Origin: Candidatus Heimdallarchaeota archaeon | GTDB lineage: Archaea > Asgardarchaeota > Heimdallarchaeia > Heimdallarchaeales > Heimdallarchaeaceae | DNA: 64,000 bases | Reading direction: 5' to 3' | NCBI GenBank assembly: GCA_019057375.1 | Contig: DXJF01000011.1 | Location: 81,583-145,582 of the forward strand | Part shown: in pieces, positions 41,480 through 50,373 of the stretch | Numbering within the stretch: the stretch's first letter is position 1 | Layout of the letters: the number at the start of each line of letters is the position of its first letter | The notes under the pieces: generated by a model | Told to the model about the DNA's origin: nothing | The model's database searches: none | Seen by the model: only the letters and a program-made list of their open reading frames with translations | Position numbers and translations under genes: made by a program

Positions 41480-42457
41480 ATGGTAAATAATTATGATATA
41501 ATGTGGACTGAAAAATATAGACCAAAAAATCTAAATGAACTCAAAGGTCATGAGGATATTGTTTTGCGGTTAAAAGGCTTTGTTGAAAGGGGAAATCTTC
41601 CACATCTTCTTTTTGCTGGTCCTCCTGGTACAGGTAAAACAACAGCTTTACTTGCTTTAGCTAATGATTTATTTGGGTTCAGTAATGTTTCTAGAAACCT
41701 TTTAGAGTTAAATGCATCAGATGATCGTGGAATTGATGCAATTCGTAATAAGGTCAAAGAATTTGCTAGGACTGCATCATATGGTGGTGTTCCATTCAAA
41801 ATTGTTTGTTTAGATGAAGCTGACAGCCTAACATCAGCTGCACAGCATGCTTTGAGACGTACTATGGAAAGATATGTAAAAACTAGCAGATTTGCTTTAA
41901 TCTGTAACTATTCAAGCAAGTTAATTGAACCTATCCAATCTAGATGTGCGATTTTTCGTTTTAGACCACTAGATGAAGCAAGCATGAAGGATTTTTTGAC
42001 TCAAATATGTGATAAAGAGGGTTTAGTTTATGATGACGAGGGAATTGAAACTGTGCTCTATATTTCAGAAGGTGATTTGAGGAAAGCTATTAACATTTTA
42101 CAATCAACCGTTGCTTCAGGTAAATCCGTCGAAAGAATAACCGTTCTTCAAACAGTAGGCCATGCAGACCCTGAAAAAATTCGTGAAATGCTTAAATTTG
42201 CTCTCAAAGGAGATTTTCATAAAGCAAGAGATACTCTTCAACATTTGATTCTTGAATATGGTCTCTCTGGAACTGATGTAACTTATCAGATTTACAGAGA
42301 AATTCCATCATTAACTTTGCCAGACCTACAAAAACTAGAGTTAAATGAATACTTGGCAGAGGTTGATTTTCGAATATCAGAAGGTGCTTCAAGTAACATT
42401 CAGCTTAGTGCATTTTTAGCAAAACTAGTCAAAGAAAGTGGTTCGAAGGATTCTTAA
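41480..42457 (+). CDS. rfcS: Replication factor C small subunit
   Basis: WTEKYRP, GPPGTGKTT, ELNASDDRG, LDEADSLT, IQSRC. Confidence 0.97.
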   Translation: MVNNYDIMWTEKYRPKNLNELKGHEDIVLRLKGFVERGNLPHLLFAGPPGTGKTTALLALANDLFGFSNVSRNLLELNASDDRGIDAIRNKVKEFARTASYGGVPFKIVCLDEADSLTSAAQHALRRTMERYVKTSRFALICNYSSKLIEPIQSRCAIFRFRPLDEASMKDFLTQICDKEGLVYDDEGIETVLYISEGDLRKAINILQSTVASGKSVERITVLQTVGHADPEKIREMLKFALKGDFHKARDTLQHLILEYGLSGTDVTYQIYREIPSLTLPDLQKLELNEYLAEVDFRISEGASSNIQLSAFLAKLVKESGSKDS

Positions 42458-42478
42458 ATTCTTTCTACTTTCTCTTAC

Positions 42479-43318
42479 CTATCCCAAATCAAGAAAGAAC
42501 TTGTGAGCTGAGGTAACTAGGTTTTCTCTTTGCTTCAGTTTTAGTATCTCTGTTTCAAATTTCTTTAAAATTAATTCTTTTGTTCTTTTACTAGTTAACC
42601 ATTTGAGATTCTCATAAAAATGTTCAACCAATACTAACTGCTTCGGGTTAGCTGGCTCTAAATTTAATGCATTAACACTCGTTTGTGCTTGAAGAAGTTT
42701 TTCTGTATTTTGCAGTTCTTTTGATAAGGTATCAAAATTTAGGATGTAACTTGTGATTCTTCTTACTTGTTCCCATAAGAAGGAATTCGCTAAAAATTCA
42801 AGGATAATTCTATTTTCTTGCTCAATTACTGTTAACTTATCAAGTTTCCTAGTCGTTTTTCTATGATCCTTCTTGCAAAATAAACTAAAATCATGCTCTC
42901 CTCTAAACAAAGAACTAACAGTTTTGATTTTATCAACTGTCATGGAAGAGTTCGTTTCTAAAAACTCTTTAGAGATGATATACCAGTATTTTTTCCACAT
43001 ACTGTATTTTGGAGAAAAATCCATTTCAACTTCAGAATACCCCCAGCAAGCAATTGTTTTATCCTTTGGTAAAGCAGAATTTAATTCTTCTAAAATTATG
43101 TTTTTTTCACTATTAAATGAAAAAACATTACCTATAGCATTAACATATTTGTCTGTCCTACTTGCACTTCTAAAATTGTTTTCTTCTGGTGAATCAATGT
43201 ATTTTATTTCTTCTAATGCTCGGATAATAGTTCCTTCTATAGTCCTTTTTTCAAGTTGTCTCTGATAACCATAATATCCTTTACCTTCGTAGAATACACG
43301 TACAGCATATCTTTTCAT
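42479..43318 (-). CDS. truA: tRNA pseudouridine(38-40) synthase
   Basis: YYGYQRQ, ASRTDKYVNA, HDFSLF, FLWEQVRR. Confidence 0.9.
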   Translation of the reverse strand: MKRYAVRVFYEGKGYYGYQRQLEKRTIEGTIIRALEEIKYIDSPEENNFRSASRTDKYVNAIGNVFSFNSEKNIILEELNSALPKDKTIACWGYSEVEMDFSPKYSMWKKYWYIISKEFLETNSSMTVDKIKTVSSLFRGEHDFSLFCKKDHRKTTRKLDKLTVIEQENRIILEFLANSFLWEQVRRITSYILNFDTLSKELQNTEKLLQAQTSVNALNLEPANPKQLVLVEHFYENLKWLTSKRTKELILKKFETEILKLKQRENLVTSAHKFFLDLG

Positions 43319-43406
43319 TTCTCATGAAGCTTTAATTAGTTACAATTAAAAATCTACTGTATTAAGAAGAAAAATTAAAAAGCGTAGTGATTTTCAGTAT
43401 ATTACG

Positions 43407-43484
43407 GCCTCGATGGTGTAGCTTGGCCAATCATTGCGGACTCTCACTCCGCAGACCCGGGTTCAAATCCCGGTCGAGGCACCA
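43407..43484 (+). tRNA. tRNA-Glu(CTC)
   Basis: Cloverleaf; GCGGA-CTCTCAC-TCCGC; encoded CCA. Confidence 0.96.
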
Positions 43485-43492
43485 ATAATTTT

Positions 43493-43816
43493 TTAGTTCT
43501 CTCCCCATATTTTGAATAATTGTTTCAAAGAATGAGCAAGGATGTTATTATCTTTGAATTGATATATTAAGATTCTACCAAATCTCTTTTCCTTTATCAA
43601 CCCTACATCTGTTAGATATTTTAGATGCCCTTTTACTGCAGAATGATTGAGATTTATACTTCGTGATATTGCAGAAATGTTTAATTCCCCTAATTCAGCT
43701 AATAACTTTAGAATTCTTACCCTTCCTCTTGAGGAGAAAACATCTTCTAATGGTATTTTAAGCTGTATCTCTCTATCGTTTTCCTTTGTCATTGTTTTTC
43801 CCCTATTTTTCAGCAT
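43493..43816 (-). CDS. ArsR-like winged-HTH regulator
   Basis: RVRILKLL...ISAISRSINLNHSAVKGHLKYLTDVGLI. Confidence 0.85.
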   Translation of the reverse strand: MLKNRGKTMTKENDREIQLKIPLEDVFSSRGRVRILKLLAELGELNISAISRSINLNHSAVKGHLKYLTDVGLIKEKRFGRILIYQFKDNNILAHSLKQLFKIWGEN

Positions 43817-45026
43817 ATTCTACTGTTTTCTTTTGATTTTCGATTGACTTCATCAGAAAGAGTTCTATGGTTTCTACTGATATGTCTGGTATACTAATTA
43901 GTGTAGTTTTACCACGCATTCCTTCCCCTGAGATTTTTGTACTGATTACATCTTGTTTTGATAATTCTTTCAGATATGACCAGATTTGGGTATGCCGTCT
44001 AGGTTCCTCTTCATATTCCTCACAAACTAATCTATAAGAGCTAATTGCATCATTTGTTGAAATATATGCGTTTTTTGTGTGTTTTAGTTTTCTTATAATC
44101 GCAAGCAGTATTAATTTCTGATGCAGGGTTAATGTTAAAATTACTTCTCTTCTTATTTCTGGGTGAATCAAAGCTTTTGCTTTTCTTACATGATCAGGAT
44201 AAACTATAGGAGAACTCTCATCGTCAGCGCATTGGCCTGCCCCCCAAAGTATTTCTATTGCATATCTTGCATCTCCTGATTTACTTGATATATCCGCAAT
44301 AAGTTCAACGGAGTCTTCGGTTATGGTACTATCATAAAAGGCTAATTCTGATCGGGATTTAATAATGTCTTTTAAATCAGTTTCAGAGTATCGATCCAAG
44401 GAAATGTGATTAGATTGAAAACTGCTTTGAGTACTCGCATCCAGTTGATGGATAAAATTCAGGTTTTTTGCTATAAAAATGTATGAAATCCATTGTTTAG
44501 CAGTCATTTCACTAATTCTAAGTAATGTGTAAAGGAAATCTGTACCTACTCTAGATATAAGATAATCAATCTCATCTAAAACTAACAAAACCTTTGGGGA
44601 ATAAAAATCAAGCAATCTAATGAGAAGTGATTGTAATTCTTCAAAGGAGTAACCTCTTGGAGGAATTGCCTTATTTAGTTTTCTTGCAAGAGTGCTAATA
44701 ATTAGATAAGGGCTTTTGTAAATTCTACAATTAATGTAGACAAGCAAAAAATTCTTGTTTTTATCTATATTTTCCAAAAGCTGACCAAACCGTTTTGCGA
44801 GAGTTGTTTTTCCAGATCCTGTTGGTCCAGTTATACAAATTTTTCTCAATGGTTCATCTTGTTCTTCGAAAATTGTTTTGAAGTATTTAGCTAAAGTCCT
44901 GAGTTCTTCCTCCCTGTGTGGAAGATATGGAGGGGTATATGTAACAGACAAACAACCAATGTTTTTGAATACAGTTGGTTTTTTGATTAGCGAATTAAAA
45001 TATTCTTCATCTGATGAGTGCATCAT
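43803..45026 (-). CDS. cdc6: Orc1/Cdc6 replication initiator
   Basis: LPHREEE, GPTGSGKT, LVLDEID, GDARYAI, C-terminal winged helix. Confidence 0.95.
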   Translation of the reverse strand: MMHSSDEEYFNSLIKKPTVFKNIGCLSVTYTPPYLPHREEELRTLAKYFKTIFEEQDEPLRKICITGPTGSGKTTLAKRFGQLLENIDKNKNFLLVYINCRIYKSPYLIISTLARKLNKAIPPRGYSFEELQSLLIRLLDFYSPKVLLVLDEIDYLISRVGTDFLYTLLRISEMTAKQWISYIFIAKNLNFIHQLDASTQSSFQSNHISLDRYSETDLKDIIKSRSELAFYDSTITEDSVELIADISSKSGDARYAIEILWGAGQCADDESSPIVYPDHVRKAKALIHPEIRREVILTLTLHQKLILLAIIRKLKHTKNAYISTNDAISSYRLVCEEYEEEPRRHTQIWSYLKELSKQDVISTKISGEGMRGKTTLISIPDISVETIELFLMKSIENQKKTVEYAEK

Positions 45027-45226
45027 ATCGTCTCTAAGATAGTCAAGGGAATTTACTATTTATACTTAATAGAGAGACATCTCTGAAAGTGAACTCTTGT
45101 TGAAAAACGTTCTTTTTCCTATACGGGGTTTTGTTTGGTTTAAAATACAGTTTTAGAAACAAAGCCAAAATCAGAAATATCTGTAAGTGTTGAATGTAAA
45201 AAACAAACCATTCTTCGTTTCTTACT

Positions 45227-45260
45227 TGTCAGTCTTTTCTTTAGGGTATTTCAATAGCTT
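45227..45260 (+). promoter_or_regulatory. Conserved 34-bp element upstream of micro-peptide D
   Basis: TGTCAGTCTTTTCTTTAGGGTATTTCAATAGCTT. Confidence 0.7.
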
Positions 45261-45298
45261 CATTCTACTATTAGAGTAACCTTTCCAAGAGTTGAAAC

Positions 45299-45370
45299 AT
45301 GATGTACGAACTAAAATACGACCCTGATGAGGGAGATGGAGATATTATGCCTCCTGTATGGCTTCCTTAG
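45299..45370 (+). CDS. Micro-peptide D, MMYELKYDPDEGDGDIMPPVWLP
   Basis: Hand-translated; family motif; GAGTTGA SD-like site. Confidence 0.88.
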   Translation: MMYELKYDPDEGDGDIMPPVWLP

Positions 45371-45599
45371 TTTAAGAAAGCTATTTTTTCTCATTTTTTA
45401 CATAAAAATCAATGAGTATTTTCCTAGTTTATCTTCATAAAATACACTATAGAGTTGTGGCTTGAAAGAAGAGATGTTGGAGTAATAGAAATCCTTGGGA
45501 GCGGTTTGGCTTTAAAGAGAGATTGGAACTCTTTTCTTCTTGGGTTTATGTATGTTCTTTCCTGTAATATTACAGTGCCTTCCAAAGAGCTGAAATTTG

Positions 45600-45668
45600 A
45601 TGTATGAACAAAAATATGACCCTGACGAAGGAGACGATGGAATTTTACCACCTGCTTGGTTGCCATAA
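45600..45668 (+). CDS. Micro-peptide E, MYEQKYDPDEGDDGILPPAWLP
   Basis: Hand-translated; differs from D mostly at synonymous positions; GAGCTGA SD-like site. Confidence 0.88.
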   Translation: MYEQKYDPDEGDDGILPPAWLP

Positions 45669-45699
45669 CTGTTAGGTTTCCTCTTTCTTTCTCTTTTTT

Positions 45700-45733
45700 T
45701 GTCACATTTTTCTTTTGGGTGTTTTAATAGCTT
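45700..45733 (+). promoter_or_regulatory. Conserved 34-bp element upstream of micro-peptide F
   Basis: TGTCACATTTTTCTTTTGGGTGTTTTAATAGCTT. Confidence 0.7.
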
Positions 45734-45771
45734 CGTTCTACTTTTAGAGTAACCTTTCCAAGAGTTGAAAC

Positions 45772-45840
45772 ATGATGTATAAACTAAAATATGATCCAGG
45801 CAATGATGATGATTTACCCCCTGGTTGGTTCCCAAACTAA
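45772..45840 (+). CDS. Micro-peptide F, MMYKLKYDPGNDDDLPPGWFPN
   Basis: Hand-translated; family motif; upstream TAGAGTAACCTTTCCAAGAGTTGAAAC identical to D. Confidence 0.88.
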   Translation: MMYKLKYDPGNDDDLPPGWFPN

Positions 45841-45979
45841 TTAAATCATCCTTTTTCTCCTTTTTTTATCATCTTATCAACAAATCCCAGTATTTCTTAA
45901 GTATATATATGAATTTGATTATAAGTATGCGAAACCTAACTATGTTTCCCTATACAGCAATTTAGGTGTGTGTTGAAAA

Positions 45980-47554
45980 ATGGATCTAACAAGTATTAGA
46001 AGCACCATTATCTCATTAAGAACAGCGATTGAATTACAAGAAATACTGAATTCTTTAAGGGTATTTGCCGCAAATGAAAAATCTGAAGAAATACTAGAAA
46101 CTATCAACATAGCTCTGCAAAAAAGTTTTGATATTGAAGATAAAAAATCAACTGTCAATATCCTGGAGTTAAAAATAAAACAGCTTTTTGGCTCTAAAAA
46201 AAACATGAAACAGATTGAAGAACACCTTTTTTTGATGAAACAAATTGCAAGTAATTTGGATTATCAGGAAGGATTGATTTTAGCCTTTTCTATAGAATGG
46301 GGTATTGAAAGATTTAAAGGCAATGAGGAAAAAAGCTTAGAAGCATTACAAAAATCTATGGATCTCTTAGAAGCATGTAGCAACTGTAGCTGTTATACTT
46401 ATAATATAACTCGTTACAGTTATGCATTTGATAAATGGAAAAGAGAAAGTGATCCAAACTGCGCGTGTATTTTTGAGGAATGTATAGATTATTTTGAGAA
46501 GAAAGGGTATTATAAGGGTTTAATTCGTGCGCTAGGTTACCTAAGTACTATATATTTTCAAACACAAAAGAGAGTAGGGGTGCAACAATTAACTAAGAAC
46601 ATATACAGAAAACTTGAATCCTTAAAGCTGCCAAAGGATTTACAAGCTGTAATGCGCTATTTTCTTGGGGCTACTCTAGACTTGGATTTTCTTCTATCGA
46701 AAGCTGAAAAGCAATTTCTTTTGTCAAAGAAGATTTTCGAAGCAAGCAGTCCAAAAAGTGAGAATTATGTTTTTTATTTACCAACATTGTCACACTTGTC
46801 AATAATACAGGCTTTGAAGGGAAACTTGGCTGAATCGAGAAGAAATATACAATTATTAGAAGTGATTCTGAAAAAAGATTCTATTATTAATAAACTTGAT
46901 AATAAAAACAAAGAACAAACAAGACATAATCTCAATTTGACGAAATTCTACATTAAATCAAGATTAAAAGATTTTCGAAGTGAAAATGAGAAAGATTTGG
47001 TAAAAACTATTTTCAGAAATATAGACAAATGTCATACCAATGCAATATTTTTTAGTGAGTTCCTTCTGAATGCTAACCTCAACAAAGAGCAGTTGGCTGA
47101 AATAAAGAATTTAAGTAATCCTAGTACAAAAAGAGTTGAACACATAATTAATTTCTTAAATGAAAAAACAACTAATAGTGATGAAGAACAAATTATAGAT
47201 TGTATATTTACATTAAATAGGAGGCCATTAGAAGATAGGATGACTTTTATAGAGAAATCTTTTGCTGATTTACTTGCAGCTCAAGAATACTTTAAAATAA
47301 ACAGGTTTGCAGAGATTTATCCATTGCTGAGGAAGTATAAAAATCAATTGCATAGGATAGAAGTTCTGGAGATGCGTGTTTTTATGGAAGCTTTTATTCA
47401 AGTAGGAGCTTACAAAAATGGAGATCCATTGGGACCCGCTCTACAATACATGGCAATAAAGAAATGCAGACAGTATGGTTTCAGCAGATTAGAGAATAAA
47501 TTATCAGATTATCTTACAATTCAGGGAAATGATACAATTAGAATGATGATATAA
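45980..47554 (+). CDS. TPR-like all-helical protein 2 (524 aa), paralog of 15285..16961
   Basis: AANEKSEEI vs CANERSLEL; KGNEEKS..LQKSM vs HGLIEKS..TIKAM; FADLLAAQ vs YADIILGK. Confidence 0.75.
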   Translation: MDLTSIRSTIISLRTAIELQEILNSLRVFAANEKSEEILETINIALQKSFDIEDKKSTVNILELKIKQLFGSKKNMKQIEEHLFLMKQIASNLDYQEGLILAFSIEWGIERFKGNEEKSLEALQKSMDLLEACSNCSCYTYNITRYSYAFDKWKRESDPNCACIFEECIDYFEKKGYYKGLIRALGYLSTIYFQTQKRVGVQQLTKNIYRKLESLKLPKDLQAVMRYFLGATLDLDFLLSKAEKQFLLSKKIFEASSPKSENYVFYLPTLSHLSIIQALKGNLAESRRNIQLLEVILKKDSIINKLDNKNKEQTRHNLNLTKFYIKSRLKDFRSENEKDLVKTIFRNIDKCHTNAIFFSEFLLNANLNKEQLAEIKNLSNPSTKRVEHIINFLNEKTTNSDEEQIIDCIFTLNRRPLEDRMTFIEKSFADLLAAQEYFKINRFAEIYPLLRKYKNQLHRIEVLEMRVFMEAFIQVGAYKNGDPLGPALQYMAIKKCRQYGFSRLENKLSDYLTIQGNDTIRMMI

Positions 47555-47614
47555 GTCATCCAATTGTTTTGTTCTTCTTTGGAAACTTATCTGACATCCA
47601 AATAAGCGGGATCT

Positions 47615-47650
47615 ATCTTACCACGTAAACATCTTTTTGTGTGGTAAGAT
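47615..47650. promoter_or_regulatory. Inverted repeat ATCTTACCAC-N16-GTGGTAAGAT, copy 2
   Basis: Same arms and spacer length as 2718-2753, opposite orientation. Confidence 0.6.
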
Positions 47651-47789
47651 TTTCCAACTTGTTTTCGCAGGTTGTTTAAAATCAAAATGAGAATGGAATT
47701 CTTCATTCTTACTTTTAGATATTTCCTGTACTAAAAATCATATGCCGATAAAGTTAAAAATCAGTAGGTTGGGTCTAATACATACCTAG

Positions 47790-47874
47790 GCGGAGATTGC
47801 CGAGTGGTCAAAGGCGCTAGAATGAGGATCTAGTCCTTAGTGGTCCGGGAGTTCGAATCTCCCTCTCCGCACCA
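47790..47874 (+). tRNA. tRNA-Leu(GAG)
   Basis: Cloverleaf with long variable arm; CTAGA-ATGAGGA-TCTAG; encoded CCA. Confidence 0.94.
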
Positions 47875-47883
47875 GCTTTTATT

Positions 47884-48087
47884 TTAACCAAACAGATTAT
47901 CAAAAGAGGTTGTTGACCAGTCAATCAAACTGAAAATGATTCCAAAGATTATAGCAAAAATCAATATGGCGACACCTATCAAAAGAATTTCTTCTAATAT
48001 AGGCGATCCTCTTTTCTTCTTGAAAATCAAACCTTTTATCCCTTGTAATAGCATTAACATAATTCTCATTATTTGTATAAAGGACAA
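47884..48087 (-). CDS. Small pilin-like protein with class III signal peptide
   Basis: KKKRG/SPILEEILLIGVAILIFAIIF; true start probably a downstream Met. Confidence 0.65.
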   Translation of the reverse strand: MSFIQIMRIMLMLLQGIKGLIFKKKRGSPILEEILLIGVAILIFAIIFGIIFSLIDWSTTSFDNLFG

Positions 48088-48216
48088 TATTTAAACTCCA
48101 CAAAACTGATTTTAAACATCCTTGAGTACTTTTTCACATGCTTTTAGTTGATGCTTAAATAACTTGAAGATGGAAAACCTTTTTTAGTATCATCATTGGG
48201 TCGGATATAGAATCCT

Positions 48217-49062
48217 TTGCCGGGTGCGTCTATGGATATAGAACTTATAGAGTTATTTCCTAATTCAATAAAATTCATATTGTCAGATGTGACATTAGCA
48301 TTTGCTAACGCAATTAGAAGAACAGCATTAGCTGAAGTGCCATCATTGACTATTGAAGATGTATATGTTTTGAAAAACACATCACCTCTTTTTGATGAGT
48401 TCATAGCCCACAGACTGGGACTAATTCCTTTAAAATTCGACATTGATGCTCTGGAGTTAAACTTCAGAGATGAATGTGATTGTGGAGGGATTGGTTGTAA
48501 TTTATGCACCGTGACATTAACACTCTCAAAAGAAACAGATGCTCAAACATCTACTGTTGTTTATAGTTCGGATTTAATTTCAACTCAGGCTGGAGTTGAA
48601 CCTATAAGTTCTGTGATTCCAATTGTAAAATTAGGACCAAATCAAGCTCTGGAACTAGAGTGTATGGCACAACTTGGCAAAGGAAAAGAACATGCAAAAT
48701 GGCAACCTGTCTCTGCCATGGGTTACCAAGCATTTCCAATCCCAACTATAGATAAGGAAAAATGTACTAATTGTTTAGCATGTATAGACGCATGTTATAG
48801 GGGAGTTTACCAAAAGACTGGTGATAAAGTCCAAATTGCTAATCCTTTAAATTGCACTTTGTGTGATTATTGTCTTGAGGTTTGCGAACCAAATGCAATA
48901 ACAATCGGCAAAGATTCTACAAAAGTCATCTTTTCCTTTGAAACTAATGGAGGTTTAGATCCTTCAACAACATTAACAAAATCTGGTGAGTTAATTCTCG
49001 CAAAAATCGACGAATTCAAAAAGACTCTTGAATCAACATTGGCAGAGGAAAAAGAAACATAA
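48217..49062 (+). CDS. rpoD: RNA polymerase subunit D (Rpo3) with ferredoxin-like insert
   Basis: FANAIRR, IAHRLGLIPL, EHAKWQP, CxxCxxCxxxC motifs. Confidence 0.96.
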   Translation: MPGASMDIELIELFPNSIKFILSDVTLAFANAIRRTALAEVPSLTIEDVYVLKNTSPLFDEFIAHRLGLIPLKFDIDALELNFRDECDCGGIGCNLCTVTLTLSKETDAQTSTVVYSSDLISTQAGVEPISSVIPIVKLGPNQALELECMAQLGKGKEHAKWQPVSAMGYQAFPIPTIDKEKCTNCLACIDACYRGVYQKTGDKVQIANPLNCTLCDYCLEVCEPNAITIGKDSTKVIFSFETNGGLDPSTTLTKSGELILAKIDEFKKTLESTLAEEKET

Positions 49063-49073
49063 AGTGAACTAAA

Positions 49074-49439
49074 ATGCCTAGAAGAACAGGAACTACTGAT
49101 CCAAATGTACTTGAACTTATTCATAAATTAAAAAAGAAAACTGCAGAAACACAAGCAGCATTATGGAAAACTGTAGCAGAGAAAATAGAAAGACCTCGAA
49201 GAAAGAGAGCTACAGTCAATCTCAGTAAGATCAGTCGTTATTCTAAAGAAAATGATATAATCATTGTTCCCGGTTCTGTTCTAAGTGCTGGATACTTAAA
49301 CCATCAAGTTACAATTGCGGCTCTGAAATTCTCAGAGGGAGCAAAAGAGAAAATTAAAGCCAGTAAGAGCAAACACATAACCATTGATGAGTTATTGGAA
49401 TCAAAACAAGAGGTTAGCAAAATTAAGATTATAGTATAA
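49074..49439 (+). CDS. rpl18e: Ribosomal protein eL18
   Basis: RPRRKRATVNLSKI, IIVPGSVL. Confidence 0.96.
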   Translation: MPRRTGTTDPNVLELIHKLKKKTAETQAALWKTVAEKIERPRRKRATVNLSKISRYSKENDIIIVPGSVLSAGYLNHQVTIAALKFSEGAKEKIKASKSKHITIDELLESKQEVSKIKIIV

Positions 49440-49451
49440 TTGGTGTGAAAA

Positions 49452-49922
49452 ATGGCAAAAAACACAACAACAACTGGAACTCAAATTTCAGTTACCAAAA
49501 TTAATATTGATGCAGATAATGCAATTTTAGGAAGATTATCTACAGAGGTAGCCAAATATTTGCTGGAAGGTTATACTGTAAATATACTGAATTGTGAAAA
49601 AGCTGTTATTTCTGGTAAAAAACATTCAATTTTAAGAGAATATAGAGATATGCAACAGATACATACACATACTAATCCTAGACGTGGTCCATTTCACCCA
49701 AAAAGACCAGATCGTTTGGTTAGGAGAACAGTTAGAGGTATGTTGCCTTGGAAGAAAAGCAGGGGAAGGCAAGCATATCATAGATTACTAACATACATTG
49801 GAGTTCCAGAAGAGTTTACTGATAGTGAAATGATTAAACCCAAGTTTGCAGATGCAAGCAAACTAACATGCAAGAAAATAACCATTGGTGAATTATGTAA
49901 AGAATTTGGGTGGAATGAATAA
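49452..49922 (+). CDS. rpl13: Ribosomal protein uL13
   Basis: ILGRLST, GPFHPKRPD, RTVRGMLP. Confidence 0.96.
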   Translation: MAKNTTTTGTQISVTKINIDADNAILGRLSTEVAKYLLEGYTVNILNCEKAVISGKKHSILREYRDMQQIHTHTNPRRGPFHPKRPDRLVRRTVRGMLPWKKSRGRQAYHRLLTYIGVPEEFTDSEMIKPKFADASKLTCKKITIGELCKEFGWNE

Positions 49923-49926
49923 ATAG

Positions 49927-50340
49927 GTGATGAATATGGGTAAAGTAATTGTATCTTCAGGAAAAAGAAAAACAGCTATTGCTCGAGCTACTATAAAAGA
50001 AGGTAAAGGCAGAATTAGAATTAATGGAGTGCCTTTAGAAGTCTTACCAAATGAATTGAGTAAAATAAAGATTAGCGAGATTTTCATTATTGCAGGAGAG
50101 GAAGTACGAGAATCAATTGACATAAGAGTCAATGTAAGGGGAGGAGGATTTATGGGTCAAGCTGAAGCAATCCGAACTGCTATTGCAAGAGGATTGATTG
50201 AATATTATGATGATTTGACAATGAAGGAAAAATTTACTGTTTATGATAAAACAATCGTCTCAGGTGATCCAAGAAGAACTGAACCCAAACATTTTGGTGG
50301 AAGAAGTTCTCGATCAAGATTCCAAAAATCTTACCGTTAA
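49927..50340 (+). CDS. rps9: Ribosomal protein uS9
   Basis: SGKRKTAIARA, GGGFMGQAEA, RFQKSYR. Confidence 0.97.
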   Translation: MMNMGKVIVSSGKRKTAIARATIKEGKGRIRINGVPLEVLPNELSKIKISEIFIIAGEEVRESIDIRVNVRGGGFMGQAEAIRTAIARGLIEYYDDLTMKEKFTVYDKTIVSGDPRRTEPKHFGGRSSRSRFQKSYR

Positions 50341-50373
50341 ATTTTTTTTCTTTCCTTTCTTATACAATTTAAG

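Noticed and set aside
45027-45226. Replication origin (ORB boxes) upstream of cdc6
   Set aside because: No convincing TTCCAGTGGAAAC-type or G-string repeats; only a weak TAGAAACAAAG
45424-45835. Minus-strand ORFs of 93 and 107 aa
   Set aside because: Antisense shadows of the micro-peptide array; no motifs, whereas the plus-strand peptides are conserved
45200-45840. CRISPR array interpretation of the repeated units
   Set aside because: Units are 170-300 bp, degenerate and coding; no constant 25-45 bp repeat with unique spacers; no cas genes
45299-45840. Microviridin/graspetide precursor call from KYDP versus KYPSD similarity
   Set aside because: No leader peptide, motif differs, and no ATP-grasp ligase in the window
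45027-47874. Island integrated at tRNA-Leu(GAG)
   Set aside because: Region lies on the 5' side of the tRNA, with no duplicated tRNA fragment and no integrase
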